A stretch of DNA of 64,000 nt from a virus. Below are positions 53,112 to 63,218 of the stretch, in pieces. The notes beneath the pieces were generated by a model. That model made no database searches. It saw nothing but the letters and a program-made list of their open reading frames with translations, and was not told the DNA's origin. The translations under genes were made by a program, and so were the position numbers. Location: positions 32,001-96,000 of the IMG/VR virus record IMGVR_UViG_3300042868_005761. One strand, given 5' to 3'. Position 1 is the stretch's first letter. Each line of letters opens with the position of its first letter.

Positions 53112-55058
53112 TTAAACTCTAGGAATTCCAATCTGACAGGCACCAGGCTTGCTTCCATCCATATTACCAACATACGTAACAAAGGCTACACAATTATTGT
53201 TATCTTCGATATCAGTGTGTAAAGATCTTGTAAACTTACAAAACATAGACCCTCCATTAGCACTTTGAGCCATATTAGTATTACCTTCTATTGTCTCATA
53301 GCATGTTGGAACTCCAACAGTACCTCCTAAAACTGTATATGTTAATACTGAATTTTGAACAGTCTTTGCCTCTCCAGTCGTAACACCTGCTGCTGCTTTA
53401 TAAGTATTAGGCCCAACCGAATTAACTTGTAGTCTGAAATTTGCTACTGCATGTAAATCATATCTAGACAAGTCATAATTAGCACCTCTACTTGTTCTTG
53501 GGCCTGCGTAGTCAAATCCTACTTCATTACCAAAGTCTTTTGGTACTAGGATGTCACCTTGAGCATATCCACTTCCTCTAAATTCTTTTATATAAGACCA
53601 AGGAGTCAATGCAACATAATATTTATTACCCCATTCTGGATAGCTAGAGTTTATTAGTGGATTCTGTCCAGCTGTAGGAAGAATATGTCCATGTGTTCTA
53701 GACTGTCCACTGTCCTCGCCGTTAGGGCCTAAAAAGTTATTACCTTTTGGACCAAATAAAGGTCTTTTTCTATCAAGATATTTCCATGGTCTAACCATAT
53801 CTGTTTTAATTGTATAAGGAAAGAGTGAATGATTTAGTTTTTCTTTCCAAGGCTCCACTGTTAACTCAAGTATTAAGGCTTCACCATTGAATGCTGCTCT
53901 TTTTGCAGGATCCTCATGATGCATCTTAATAAGAAGTTTATGTGCTCCTGTTACAAATCCTGTATGTGTACAACGTGGACTGCCTTTTCCGATTTTACTT
54001 GCTTGAGTTTCTGCAACAGTAGGAGTACCATTGGTCCAAACAGCTATATCACCAGGTGATAGGTGGTAAGGCTGAATAGGACTTAAACTAAATGGATCTA
54101 TCATTTTTGAACCATCAGGCATTATTTGCTCTTTCATTAGAACATCTTCTGGAAAATAAAAAGCCCATCTATGATCTTTGCTTCCCCCATTTGCAAAATT
54201 ACCTGGGCCTATAGCCGTATAGATACCACTGCTACTTCCCCAATTAACCTTACTGGTTGCATGTACATTAATGTTATCAGACGGTCTTATTGGAGGACTA
54301 TAAAAATCTGGAATACCATTTTCAAGTAACTTTTCTCTTACTTCCAGAATTCGATTCCAATAACTCCATAAATAATAATCTACAGTATCTCCACACCAAT
54401 ATCTATACCCAAAACAAAGCCTATTTGGTTCTGGTTTCCAAGGAGCTCCTCCAGCTCCAAGCAACGTAACACTACTGGGAATTCCAGTATTGTTTGGGTT
54501 ATAAGCATTTGTAGTCCATACTACATCTTTTGCAAAACGAGTAATCCTATCTATACCCTGATAGTACATAAAATCGCCTTTTGGCCCGCTTTTACCTCTT
54601 ATTGCAGCTGGAATACTATTAGGATTAGGTATTGCCCAATTAGGACCAAAGCTTATAGGGCCACACCATCCATCTCTTGTTACTCTAGATATTCCAGCTA
54701 TACCTCTATTACCATCAAGTCTTAACTCAGAACCTTCATCGCAGATGTACATTAATGGTCGACCATTTCCTATATATTTAAAACCCATTACATCATTGAA
54801 GAATATATCGAATGAATTAAATTGAGGACCATACTCTAGAGTAACAAGCTGAGGCAAGTAACGCGAGGGTAAACAATATTGATTTACTACCTTCTGACCA
54901 TTTTTAACTTCTTCAAGAGATTCAATCCTATGATTAAAAACATCTGAATTTGTAACATTTTTATGTGCACTTTCAAAAGCCCCAGGATACCAATTAGAAC
55001 CATCGGTTTTTTTAATTGCAGGTAAGAATCGAAATGTATGTATAGGATCTCTTGCCAT
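53112..55058 (-). CDS. Large protein with CHAP-like motifs dispersed by long insertions
   Basis: YWCGDTV, PGDIAVW, THTGFV, ETIEGNT...VAFV. Confidence 0.65.
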   Translation of the reverse strand: MARDPIHTFRFLPAIKKTDGSNWYPGAFESAHKNVTNSDVFNHRIESLEEVKNGQKVVNQYCLPSRYLPQLVTLEYGPQFNSFDIFFNDVMGFKYIGNGRPLMYICDEGSELRLDGNRGIAGISRVTRDGWCGPISFGPNWAIPNPNSIPAAIRGKSGPKGDFMYYQGIDRITRFAKDVVWTTNAYNPNNTGIPSSVTLLGAGGAPWKPEPNRLCFGYRYWCGDTVDYYLWSYWNRILEVREKLLENGIPDFYSPPIRPSDNINVHATSKVNWGSSSGIYTAIGPGNFANGGSKDHRWAFYFPEDVLMKEQIMPDGSKMIDPFSLSPIQPYHLSPGDIAVWTNGTPTVAETQASKIGKGSPRCTHTGFVTGAHKLLIKMHHEDPAKRAAFNGEALILELTVEPWKEKLNHSLFPYTIKTDMVRPWKYLDRKRPLFGPKGNNFLGPNGEDSGQSRTHGHILPTAGQNPLINSSYPEWGNKYYVALTPWSYIKEFRGSGYAQGDILVPKDFGNEVGFDYAGPRTSRGANYDLSRYDLHAVANFRLQVNSVGPNTYKAAAGVTTGEAKTVQNSVLTYTVLGGTVGVPTCYETIEGNTNMAQSANGGSMFCKFTRSLHTDIEDNNNCVAFVTYVGNMDGSKPGACQIGIPRV

Positions 55059-55062
55059 CTTA

Positions 55063-55596
55063 CTAAAGTCTCCATACGGTCAATATAACACTTGGTACGG
55101 CCGGTCTTTCAAGACCTGGGGTTGTCACTGCTGCTGCAGAAACAATATGAATATTATGATCAGTCGGACTCCACATTAACTGAAAGTAATCGCCCGCCTC
55201 TGCACTGACTACGAAATTCCATGCTGCTACAACTTTAGCTGCGTTTATATTTCCAGTTAATGTAACTTTAGTATCAGTTCTTGGTACATCGTAAGCAGAT
55301 GTTTCCCCATTCTTTCTAAGCCAAATATTCACTTCAGCATGGCCAGAACTTGCAACTCTATCTAACTGAGCAGAGAATGCAATGTTATATACTCCAGTTC
55401 TATTGACTGTAATCTTTGTAGGCTTAGGAGTAGGGCTTTGACTATCAGGCTCAACAGTAATGTTATGACCTTCCTCAAACGTATCGAATTGCATAACATA
55501 CTTTGCATTATTTACTGTTGCTTCTTGAGTACTCATGTCACTGTACACACAGTAATCAACGCTGTTATACTTATTTACTTCACTTGTATATTTCAT
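55063..55596 (-). CDS. C1q/TNF-like beta-sandwich virion protein
   Basis: KITVNRTGVYNIAFSAQL, IWLRKNG, AGDYFQLMW. Confidence 0.7.
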   Translation of the reverse strand: MKYTSEVNKYNSVDYCVYSDMSTQEATVNNAKYVMQFDTFEEGHNITVEPDSQSPTPKPTKITVNRTGVYNIAFSAQLDRVASSGHAEVNIWLRKNGETSAYDVPRTDTKVTLTGNINAAKVVAAWNFVVSAEAGDYFQLMWSPTDHNIHIVSAAAVTTPGLERPAVPSVILTVWRL

Positions 55597-55618
55597 ATGC
55601 CCCCAGAATTTCTATTCT

Positions 55619-56662
55619 TTAAGTATATCTAATAGCTTGAGCATATGCAACCTTTAAGGTTGAACTATAAGTTCCACTTGCTGATGGCTGAACAACAGCA
55701 AACAAGCCAAAAGCTTTTGCAGCTGTAGCTCTTTGGAGCCCCGAAAAAACTCTTACATTCTTCCAAGGATTATTACCAACTTTAACAAATGCTCTTTCTC
55801 CTTCTACGTAAAGCTGTACGAGTGTTTCTGATGTCATAACATCTTCAGTATTTGTTCCGCCCGCAGCTGTTGTATAAGTAGTACAATTCTGAGCATTAAA
55901 GAATAGACCATCTTTAGTACCGCCACTTCCCGAGCTGTCATATCCTCCAAAATCAACACTTGAAGATCCATTTTCATATTGCAATCTTATATTAACAGAT
56001 CCACTTATGCCACCGCCCCCGCGCACTAATGATTGGCTAACCAATCCTTTAAAATAAAATTTTGTTGTAGTGGATATATTAGTATCTGTAAAAGTATATG
56101 CTGTATATGCTCCGGTGCTAAGATTCTGAGTTGCAGTTGCTCCTAACGTTAAAGCAGTAGGCCCGCCTACACTAATAGCTGAAGTTGTTGCAGTTGCAAC
56201 ACCGAGAGTACCAGTTCCAGAGCCATTTGATAGTGTCTGAGTCCACCCAGTTGGACTAGTTGAGTCGCCTTTTATAGATTTAATATTATCAATAGTTTTA
56301 CCTACAAGACGAGTCGGTAAGAACACATTATTACTAGTATTCCAAACCCAAGACTCATTATAAGTAGTGTCTATAATTTCGCATTTGCTACTTGTATTAA
56401 GACTCAGACCAGTGCCAACCCACACACCACTACCAAATTCTGCTGCTCCTAAGTTTACGTAGGTACATCTTGCATTTTCTAATTTCCATTGCTCGTCTTC
56501 CCAAACACAGACAACAGGATAACTACTACTAAAAAGACTTGTTTCTCCTGTTACTAATATTCTTTGGTCTACATCACCAGACACAGGTAGGTCTCCAAAT
56601 GTAGCAACAGAAACGGCCGGAGCTCCTCCAAAAACATCACTTGTATATACTAGTCCTGCCAT
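55619..56662 (-). CDS. Putative tail fibre/virion protein
   Basis: T/S/G-rich, beta-strand-like composition; ATFGDLPVSG motif. Confidence 0.6.
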   Translation of the reverse strand: MAGLVYTSDVFGGAPAVSVATFGDLPVSGDVDQRILVTGETSLFSSSYPVVCVWEDEQWKLENARCTYVNLGAAEFGSGVWVGTGLSLNTSSKCEIIDTTYNESWVWNTSNNVFLPTRLVGKTIDNIKSIKGDSTSPTGWTQTLSNGSGTGTLGVATATTSAISVGGPTALTLGATATQNLSTGAYTAYTFTDTNISTTTKFYFKGLVSQSLVRGGGGISGSVNIRLQYENGSSSVDFGGYDSSGSGGTKDGLFFNAQNCTTYTTAAGGTNTEDVMTSETLVQLYVEGERAFVKVGNNPWKNVRVFSGLQRATAAKAFGLFAVVQPSASGTYSSTLKVAYAQAIRYT

Positions 56663-56663
56663 A

Positions 56664-58454
56664 TTATCTTCCGTACATCATTAGCCACATTTGGTTGCCT
56701 ACATATTTAAGATTAAGTAAGCCATAGTCTGTATCTATGGCTATACCACTTGATGCACCTACAATACCATCTGATGCTCCAGCAAGGATTGTAATATTAT
56801 TAGCGGCTGCTCCACCAGTTATATCTGCAACAGTAATTTCATAGCCTACCTTTAACCAAGTTTCTGTAGAGTCTGGAAGTGTTATCTGAGGAGAGTCTGG
56901 AGAAACACTAAAGTCAACTAAGATTATATTAGAAACGTTGGTTAAGGTATACGGCCCATCTGAGCTTGCTACTGTACTAACACGGTTACCACCACCAGTC
57001 AAAGAAGACCCATCTCCTGCATCCAATAAGTCTTTTGTTGCCGGAACAGTCATATATCCGAGACTGTTGAATTGCCATTCATTGGTTCCGACTGCAGTTT
57101 GATTAGTCTTTATAGAAACTTTTCCATCAGCAAAGCTCCCATAATTTGATTCGATTGTTACATCTCCCCCAGTACCATCAAAACTTTGACCACCTAAGAT
57201 ATGGACTAATCCACCATCTCCTACTCCATTAGCATTACCACCGTAGACGTGGACATAACCACCGGTACCAGATCCTTCTGCTGTTCCACCTTCAAGATTT
57301 ACATATCCACCATTACCACTTCCAGCTCCTTTTGCATCACCACCTTGAATATTTGCATATCCACCATATCCAGTACCATATGCAAATCCTCCTCGGACTT
57401 TTACGTCACCTCCTTGGGCGCTTTCTGTATTGTCTGCAAGGCCTAGATAGTCTCCGCAACCTCCCCAGATATAAACATCACCACCTTCGCCAGTTCCGTA
57501 TCCTTGTTGCCCTTGAATAATAAGACGCTGGGCATTTGGATAGTCACTATTTGCAGCTGGTCCAGTGATAATAGTTTCAACATTAGGGCTACCTAATTGT
57601 AGCGTATTTCCTTCTAGGATGTAATCGTAGTCATATCCAATAGTTTGTTTTGTAGGAAGAGTAACTTTTCCATCATTCCCGAATACCCAATCATAAAATA
57701 ACTCATCTGCATCATTATAGGTCCGAATAGAAACTGTATTGTCTCTTGTGTTACCTAAGTCATTATCATTATTTGATACTCGAACATGGGTATTTTCTCC
57801 TCCTAAAAAGAGTACCCCGTTTGATTCATCTTGTTCTCCTCCTGCGCGAATATGGATATGACTAGGAGTAGTAGGGTCAATAATTAAATATTGATCATAG
57901 ATATATCTATTAGCAGATGGAACAAGTTCCATTGTGCCATAGCCACCAAGGTCACCGCTAGCTGTTCCTGCACCAATAATTTTTACATTATCAAATGTAA
58001 TCAATCCAGTATTTGCAGCTCCGCCATTGTTAGTCGCACTAAGTACCGCTTGATATCTAGTAGCTATTTGTGTATCTATATATTCCATCATCTTTAGGAA
58101 AGACTCATATATAGTAGCTGGTCTTACCTCTGTTGTAACTAGGTTATTAGTTACTAGAAATAATGGACTCTTTAGTAGGTAATCGGTGCCGGCATAGGTA
58201 TAGATAGTAGTACCATCTAGTCCGTTTGCGCTGTCGTTTATACTGCCATTTGTAGTCAAAGTAGAGGGCACAGGAAATGTCCATCTAGTGTCAGATATGC
58301 GAACAGGAGATCTTTGACCGGACGTAAAGATAGTTGAAAGCAAGTTAATTCTATTGCCAACAATTTCATAGGACTTAGCAATTTGACGAGTAAAGGTATT
58401 TGGATTTATAAAAATACCAACATCAACTGTTCCTACTGGAGTTATCTGCGCCAT
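56664..58454 (-). CDS. Tail fibre protein with Gly-rich beta-solenoid repeats
   Basis: GG-[DY]-V-x-I-x-GG repeats; WxFxxxG fibre motifs; C-terminal ITLP...ITVAD module. Confidence 0.75.
   Translation of the reverse strand: MAQITPVGTVDVGIFINPNTFTRQIAKSYEIVGNRINLLSTIFTSGQRSPVRISDTRWTFPVPSTLTTNGSINDSANGLDGTTIYTYAGTDYLLKSPLFLVTNNLVTTEVRPATIYESFLKMMEYIDTQIATRYQAVLSATNNGGAANTGLITFDNVKIIGAGTASGDLGGYGTMELVPSANRYIYDQYLIIDPTTPSHIHIRAGGEQDESNGVLFLGGENTHVRVSNNDNDLGNTRDNTVSIRTYNDADELFYDWVFGNDGKVTLPTKQTIGYDYDYILEGNTLQLGSPNVETIITGPAANSDYPNAQRLIIQGQQGYGTGEGGDVYIWGGCGDYLGLADNTESAQGGDVKVRGGFAYGTGYGGYANIQGGDAKGAGSGNGGYVNLEGGTAEGSGTGGYVHVYGGNANGVGDGGLVHILGGQSFDGTGGDVTIESNYGSFADGKVSIKTNQTAVGTNEWQFNSLGYMTVPATKDLLDAGDGSSLTGGGNRVSTVASSDGPYTLTNVSNIILVDFSVSPDSPQITLPDSTETWLKVGYEITVADITGGAAANNITILAGASDGIVGASSGIAIDTDYGLLNLKYVGNQMWLMMYGR
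57130..57520 (-). repeat. About 7 tandem ~16-aa Gly-rich protein repeats (approximate bounds)
   Basis: GGDVYIWGG, GGDVKVRGG, GGYANIQGG, GGYVNLEGG, GGYVHVYGG, GGLVHILGG, GGDVTIES. Confidence 0.75.
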
Positions 58455-58455
58455 A

Positions 58456-60621
58456 CTATTCTCCTAACTTTATTTTATAACTACCTAAGATAGGTGTTTT
58501 TGATGTGTTTGTTGTTTTAAGTTTAGCAATCAAAGACACTTCTTTGTTTTGTGTTGCAAATCCAGTTTGTCTGGGAAATTCAACATAAGCATCTTTTATA
58601 TCTACTTGATTATGTAATACTAGAATGTATTGAGTCGGGTCTACTGCCATAAGATAAAAGTTTTCCTTTCCAAGATTTGCTAGACTATGACAACGCGTAA
58701 ACTTTTTCTTTGCTCTTATCTTGAAACCTCTATATGGATCAAGATTAAGATTAGTTCCTTCTATTAGATATTTTCCATTATATGGATATTTAGTATCTAG
58801 ATTTTTTAAACTTTCATTGTCTGTAAAAAAATCTTCTCCTACATCTGTATAAGATGTAATAGGAATTTTAACTTTAAACCATCCATTCTTCGTGAATTTA
58901 TATGTTCTATTCGTAGGGTTCAATCCTTCAAATATAACTCCAGAATCTCCTACATTGATCTCAGAATTAATTGTTCCATCAACGTATACCCAAGTTATAT
59001 AATATCCGTCTTTAGATTCAAGTAAATCTTCTGCAGAATTTTTTGAAACATAATTACCAAAAAGATTAATTGAATCAAGGGAGTTTATAGTTGGGCTTAG
59101 TATTTGGTTTACATAGTGATAGTTGTATTCTTGTAAGAAACCATAAGATCCAAGTGATGTTAATATTTCTGAACTACCTTTACTGCTTTCTAAAGTATTA
59201 GGAGTAATATAATTATTTGTTATATTGTTTTCATTTAAACTAAAGAAATAAGGAGCAGAACCAGGAGGCTTATTAAGAGGAGTGATCTCGGCAACTTGAC
59301 CTAATGAATAAGTTCCACTTACAATCTCAAAGTCTACAAGACCACCAGATCCGTCTACGTCTAATACTCTAATATAAAGATCATTATCAGGAGACTGACT
59401 TCCAAGTTCGTCTCCACGAAACATAAGAAGGTCGTTTACTTCATAGTTGGTGCCAGCTTCATTAACCGTAAAGTAGGAAAGTACATCAGAGTAGTAGCCG
59501 GCTTCATCGCCAGGATCAGATATTGAAAGACTTGAATAGTCAAATGCTAAACGTGCATTAAGTCCAATGCTACCCCCAACTACATTAGCAACTGCAGAGT
59601 CAACTAATCCAGGTAAGTTTTTTGAAACAATATAATAATGAATTGCTGTCTCATCATCTTCAAAGTCACAAACTTCTATTGCAAACTTAGACGCTTGTAC
59701 GCTTTCTCCTACAGATCTGAATTTGCCTTCTGTCTTGTATCCATCTGTAGAAACTTTTATAGCAAGTCGTTTGATATGGAAAATATATCTATACTTTCCA
59801 CTATCATACTTCTCATCATAATTAGATTTTGTAATTTGTATATTAATCTTCTTTACCGCTCTATTTACTAGAACAGTATTCGTATTAGTAATAGCTTGCG
59901 CCTGAACAATTGGCGTCGCAACGTTTTCACTATCTATTGATATTGCGTCTATCGACCCACTCAATGAAGAGTCAATAACTGATATTGCTAGCTCGCCAAC
60001 TTCTCTTGTTTCAGGAAAAACAATTTCAAGAATTATTGAAACTTTTTTAGGTTCGTCTGTTACAACTTGCCCAGTCCAGCTAGACATACTACTTGCAAAA
60101 AGATTAGTTAAGTTACTTCCATATACTGGAACAATTCTGTCATTACCAGAACCTGGAGCCATATACATATTAATTGAATACGCGCCCGCCGGTAAAGTTA
60201 ACTTTGCAGGCTCTGTAGAGTGTTCTAGAGATACACTATGTAAAGCTTCATCAAGTACAACTTGACTGCTTAAAGCCTGATCAAACTTAGAAGACGTAGT
60301 AAAGTTGTCTCCTATTACTCTGAAGAAGCCGTCGCTGTCGCTTCTAAGAAACAACTGGTCATTGATATGTTTCTCATATTCCTCTAGCTGTACAAGCATT
60401 TTAGGATATGTAAGATTCCAATCAATTATTTGTCTCTCTAGACTAACAGCTTTTCTATAAATTAGATCTTGTAACTGATCACTTCTTTGTCTTAGTTCTG
60501 TTATTTTCCCTGACAAAGCAGAAGGATTATTAAACAGATTCTTATCAACAGGAATAAGTGATTCCGTTAATGAGTCTTCTATCTTTCCATGAAAGAGTTT
60601 ATTTTCAAATGTTATATTCAT
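58456..60621 (-). CDS. Putative virion structural (baseplate/tail-associated) protein
   Basis: N-terminal coiled coil, beta-rich body, C-terminal TPILGSYKIK motif; structural-gene context. Confidence 0.6.
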   Translation of the reverse strand: MNITFENKLFHGKIEDSLTESLIPVDKNLFNNPSALSGKITELRQRSDQLQDLIYRKAVSLERQIIDWNLTYPKMLVQLEEYEKHINDQLFLRSDSDGFFRVIGDNFTTSSKFDQALSSQVVLDEALHSVSLEHSTEPAKLTLPAGAYSINMYMAPGSGNDRIVPVYGSNLTNLFASSMSSWTGQVVTDEPKKVSIILEIVFPETREVGELAISVIDSSLSGSIDAISIDSENVATPIVQAQAITNTNTVLVNRAVKKINIQITKSNYDEKYDSGKYRYIFHIKRLAIKVSTDGYKTEGKFRSVGESVQASKFAIEVCDFEDDETAIHYYIVSKNLPGLVDSAVANVVGGSIGLNARLAFDYSSLSISDPGDEAGYYSDVLSYFTVNEAGTNYEVNDLLMFRGDELGSQSPDNDLYIRVLDVDGSGGLVDFEIVSGTYSLGQVAEITPLNKPPGSAPYFFSLNENNITNNYITPNTLESSKGSSEILTSLGSYGFLQEYNYHYVNQILSPTINSLDSINLFGNYVSKNSAEDLLESKDGYYITWVYVDGTINSEINVGDSGVIFEGLNPTNRTYKFTKNGWFKVKIPITSYTDVGEDFFTDNESLKNLDTKYPYNGKYLIEGTNLNLDPYRGFKIRAKKKFTRCHSLANLGKENFYLMAVDPTQYILVLHNQVDIKDAYVEFPRQTGFATQNKEVSLIAKLKTTNTSKTPILGSYKIKLGE

Positions 60622-63218
60622 TAGCCAATGATTCCTATAGAAAAAGACTTTATTACTGGACTAAAGTAAGGTAGGAGTTCACTTAAATCCTTTTGATTTG
60701 AAGCAATAACTCCATATTCATTTGGATTCCAAATTTCTTTCTTATTAACTTCTATTGCAACTTCAAAGTCTTTCAGTAGTAGACTTGTATAAGAGAATTT
60801 TATATTTCCAGTAAACGTACTTAAACTATTTGTATAGATTCTATTATGTAAATAATCTACGCTAAAAGTATTCTCTGCTTCAGTGGTAGTAATTGTTACT
60901 GGAATACTAGAAGGCGGCTTTTGGTCTAGCTTTATAAAGAGAGATCCTCCTAGTAATGACACAACTGTGTCACTTTCAAAGTAGTAGTCTCCTTCATTTA
61001 AAATTTCATGTCTAAATGTTTTTCTATTCGAGAAATATACATCTTGAATTTCTATTTTTGAAGAAAACAAATTACCTGGGATTCGAGACTGGTGTCTTAT
61101 CTTGTATTGATGTAAAGAATTTGCTTGCCCAACATAATCATAATAAACAAAGACCTTGCTTTCATCATTTAGCTCATCAATACCATTGTAGAATAGCATC
61201 TCTTTTTTTGAAGAATCACCCACTAAAACAACAGAACCTCTAAGCAAAGACAATGCAGGCGGAAGTTGAATGTAGTTCAACTCAGTATTCACATTAACTT
61301 TTAATACGTTATCTTTATGATAGCTAGAGAAATTTACCTTACTTAGATTACCAATACTACTATTAACATTAAGAATAGAAATACCTGAGTTATCACGTCT
61401 TTCGCTTTGTTCTATCTTTGGAATCTTTATTGAGTAGGTATCATGCAGTAACTTTGTTGAATGCATTCTACTCTTAAAGTGCACTATTGAAGCTCTTCCA
61501 GTGATATTTGTTCCTCTGTATAGGAATCCATTAGCATAATCAACTGAGTAATTGTTAACTCCTAAAACAGCACCTAAAGGCTTTTCTGTAAAAGCTGCAT
61601 TGTTAATTGATAATTTAATAATATTTTTATAGTCTAAGTTCATAATTGATGAACTACTATCAATTACTTTAGAAGTCAGAACTTGAGTAGCAGGATAATC
61701 GAATGCAATTGTTGTTCCAAGACCTAGCCATGGAAAAACTATTTTGTAATCATTTTCTACTCTCTCAACATAAGATGGACATCCATTTAGATTTATAAGT
61801 ATTTCAGAGTTCTGTACAAGACTTTTGAACTTAAGAACGTAACCATCTCCGGTAAATATAACCTTGTAGGTCTTACCATCATAAGTGTCAGACTCTGCAA
61901 TCTGCGAGTATCTTTCACCGTTAACTTTAACAACAAAAAAACTTTCAAAGTTCTTAATATTTAATGGGAATAGCACTAAGTTTTCTTCCTCATTGCCTGG
62001 AATATTTCTTGTAATCTTATAAGCATCTTCAGTCATTATAGAGGAAAAAAGCCTATAAGAATCGTTGATCTGATCTATCCTACACTTCTCATACTCAAGA
62101 TCTCCCAAGTACTCTAAGAGAGTATTAGGGTCCTTTAAAGTACAAGTAAATTCAAAGTTAGGATCAATATATGGTCCACTTAATTGTTCTTCATCTTTTA
62201 GAGCAAATAGCTTTTCATTATTAGACTTAACTTCAAAATTGAGAAGAGACTTGTGAGAAGGATACTGTAACGTTACATCTTCAAGTGTAAGATACTTACC
62301 TGAGAACGATGGCATATTTACTGTAGTGGCTTTTAATCCATAGGTACTATTCCCCAAAGAATTTCGGAATGTCTTTCTATAGAAAGCTATCTCAATAATA
62401 TCTAGCTGGTTTCCTTGGATAGCAGTAGATGTAATAATCATTTCTAGTCCAGATGTTTTAACTGGCTTTTCAAAGACAATAGGTTCAGGACTATATAGAC
62501 CAGAGTAAACTAGCTCTTGACTTTCAATATCATAAAGAGCTATTTTAACTTCTTGGCCTGGCTTCTCAATAAGCTTAATAGCTAACTCATTAATAATTTC
62601 TTTTTTCTTTTTGAATTCAAAGAACATAATGAGACTTAGATTTGTTCCATCGCGTCGATGTACTGAGAAAAGATCGTTTTGATTTGAGCTAAAAATACTA
62701 TCAGCTATAGAGTTTAAGATTTTATTCCGAGAGTCTCCAACAACAATATTAGAGTCTGTGCTAATTCCAAAAGTCTTAGGACTAACTAATTCTATCTTTG
62801 TTGGCTTAGCAGTAATTCCTGAATTAACAAACTCATAAGTATTGCCTGCTACAAGTAACTTCTTATCATTTAACTGTATAGCCGCGCTCTTTACTCCTAG
62901 ACCTAGGCCAGTTAATCCTTGCTTTCTTAGTCTTAGGAGATCATATCTTTGCTTTAAATTCTTTAACTGATATTCTCTGCTATTGTAAAAAACAGTAGAG
63001 AGTCTAAGTAAGTCAGCATAACATAACTCTAAAGATTGCATTTCCGCATTTACTAGAGTAATAGGATCTGAGGTGTTAAGCTTAACAAGAGTACTATGTC
63101 TAAGGACGGTTGGGATAGCTAAAGTATCACCTGGGGCACTTATTTCGATTGGGGCAATGAAGTTTCCACTTACCTTTGACTCAATATCGTATAGTTTGTT
63201 TTTGATTTTCTTTATCAT
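60621..63218 (-). CDS. Putative virion structural protein
   Basis: 865 aa; YSVDYANG and FSVDYLHN motifs; C-terminal SPVIKSFSI similar to its neighbour. Confidence 0.6.
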   Translation of the reverse strand: MIKKIKNKLYDIESKVSGNFIAPIEISAPGDTLAIPTVLRHSTLVKLNTSDPITLVNAEMQSLELCYADLLRLSTVFYNSREYQLKNLKQRYDLLRLRKQGLTGLGLGVKSAAIQLNDKKLLVAGNTYEFVNSGITAKPTKIELVSPKTFGISTDSNIVVGDSRNKILNSIADSIFSSNQNDLFSVHRRDGTNLSLIMFFEFKKKKEIINELAIKLIEKPGQEVKIALYDIESQELVYSGLYSPEPIVFEKPVKTSGLEMIITSTAIQGNQLDIIEIAFYRKTFRNSLGNSTYGLKATTVNMPSFSGKYLTLEDVTLQYPSHKSLLNFEVKSNNEKLFALKDEEQLSGPYIDPNFEFTCTLKDPNTLLEYLGDLEYEKCRIDQINDSYRLFSSIMTEDAYKITRNIPGNEEENLVLFPLNIKNFESFFVVKVNGERYSQIAESDTYDGKTYKVIFTGDGYVLKFKSLVQNSEILINLNGCPSYVERVENDYKIVFPWLGLGTTIAFDYPATQVLTSKVIDSSSSIMNLDYKNIIKLSINNAAFTEKPLGAVLGVNNYSVDYANGFLYRGTNITGRASIVHFKSRMHSTKLLHDTYSIKIPKIEQSERRDNSGISILNVNSSIGNLSKVNFSSYHKDNVLKVNVNTELNYIQLPPALSLLRGSVVLVGDSSKKEMLFYNGIDELNDESKVFVYYDYVGQANSLHQYKIRHQSRIPGNLFSSKIEIQDVYFSNRKTFRHEILNEGDYYFESDTVVSLLGGSLFIKLDQKPPSSIPVTITTTEAENTFSVDYLHNRIYTNSLSTFTGNIKFSYTSLLLKDFEVAIEVNKKEIWNPNEYGVIASNQKDLSELLPYFSPVIKSFSIGIIG

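Noticed and set aside
55063-58454. Diversity-generating retroelement acting on tail fibres
   Set aside because: No reverse transcriptase and no TR/VR repeat pair noticed in this window
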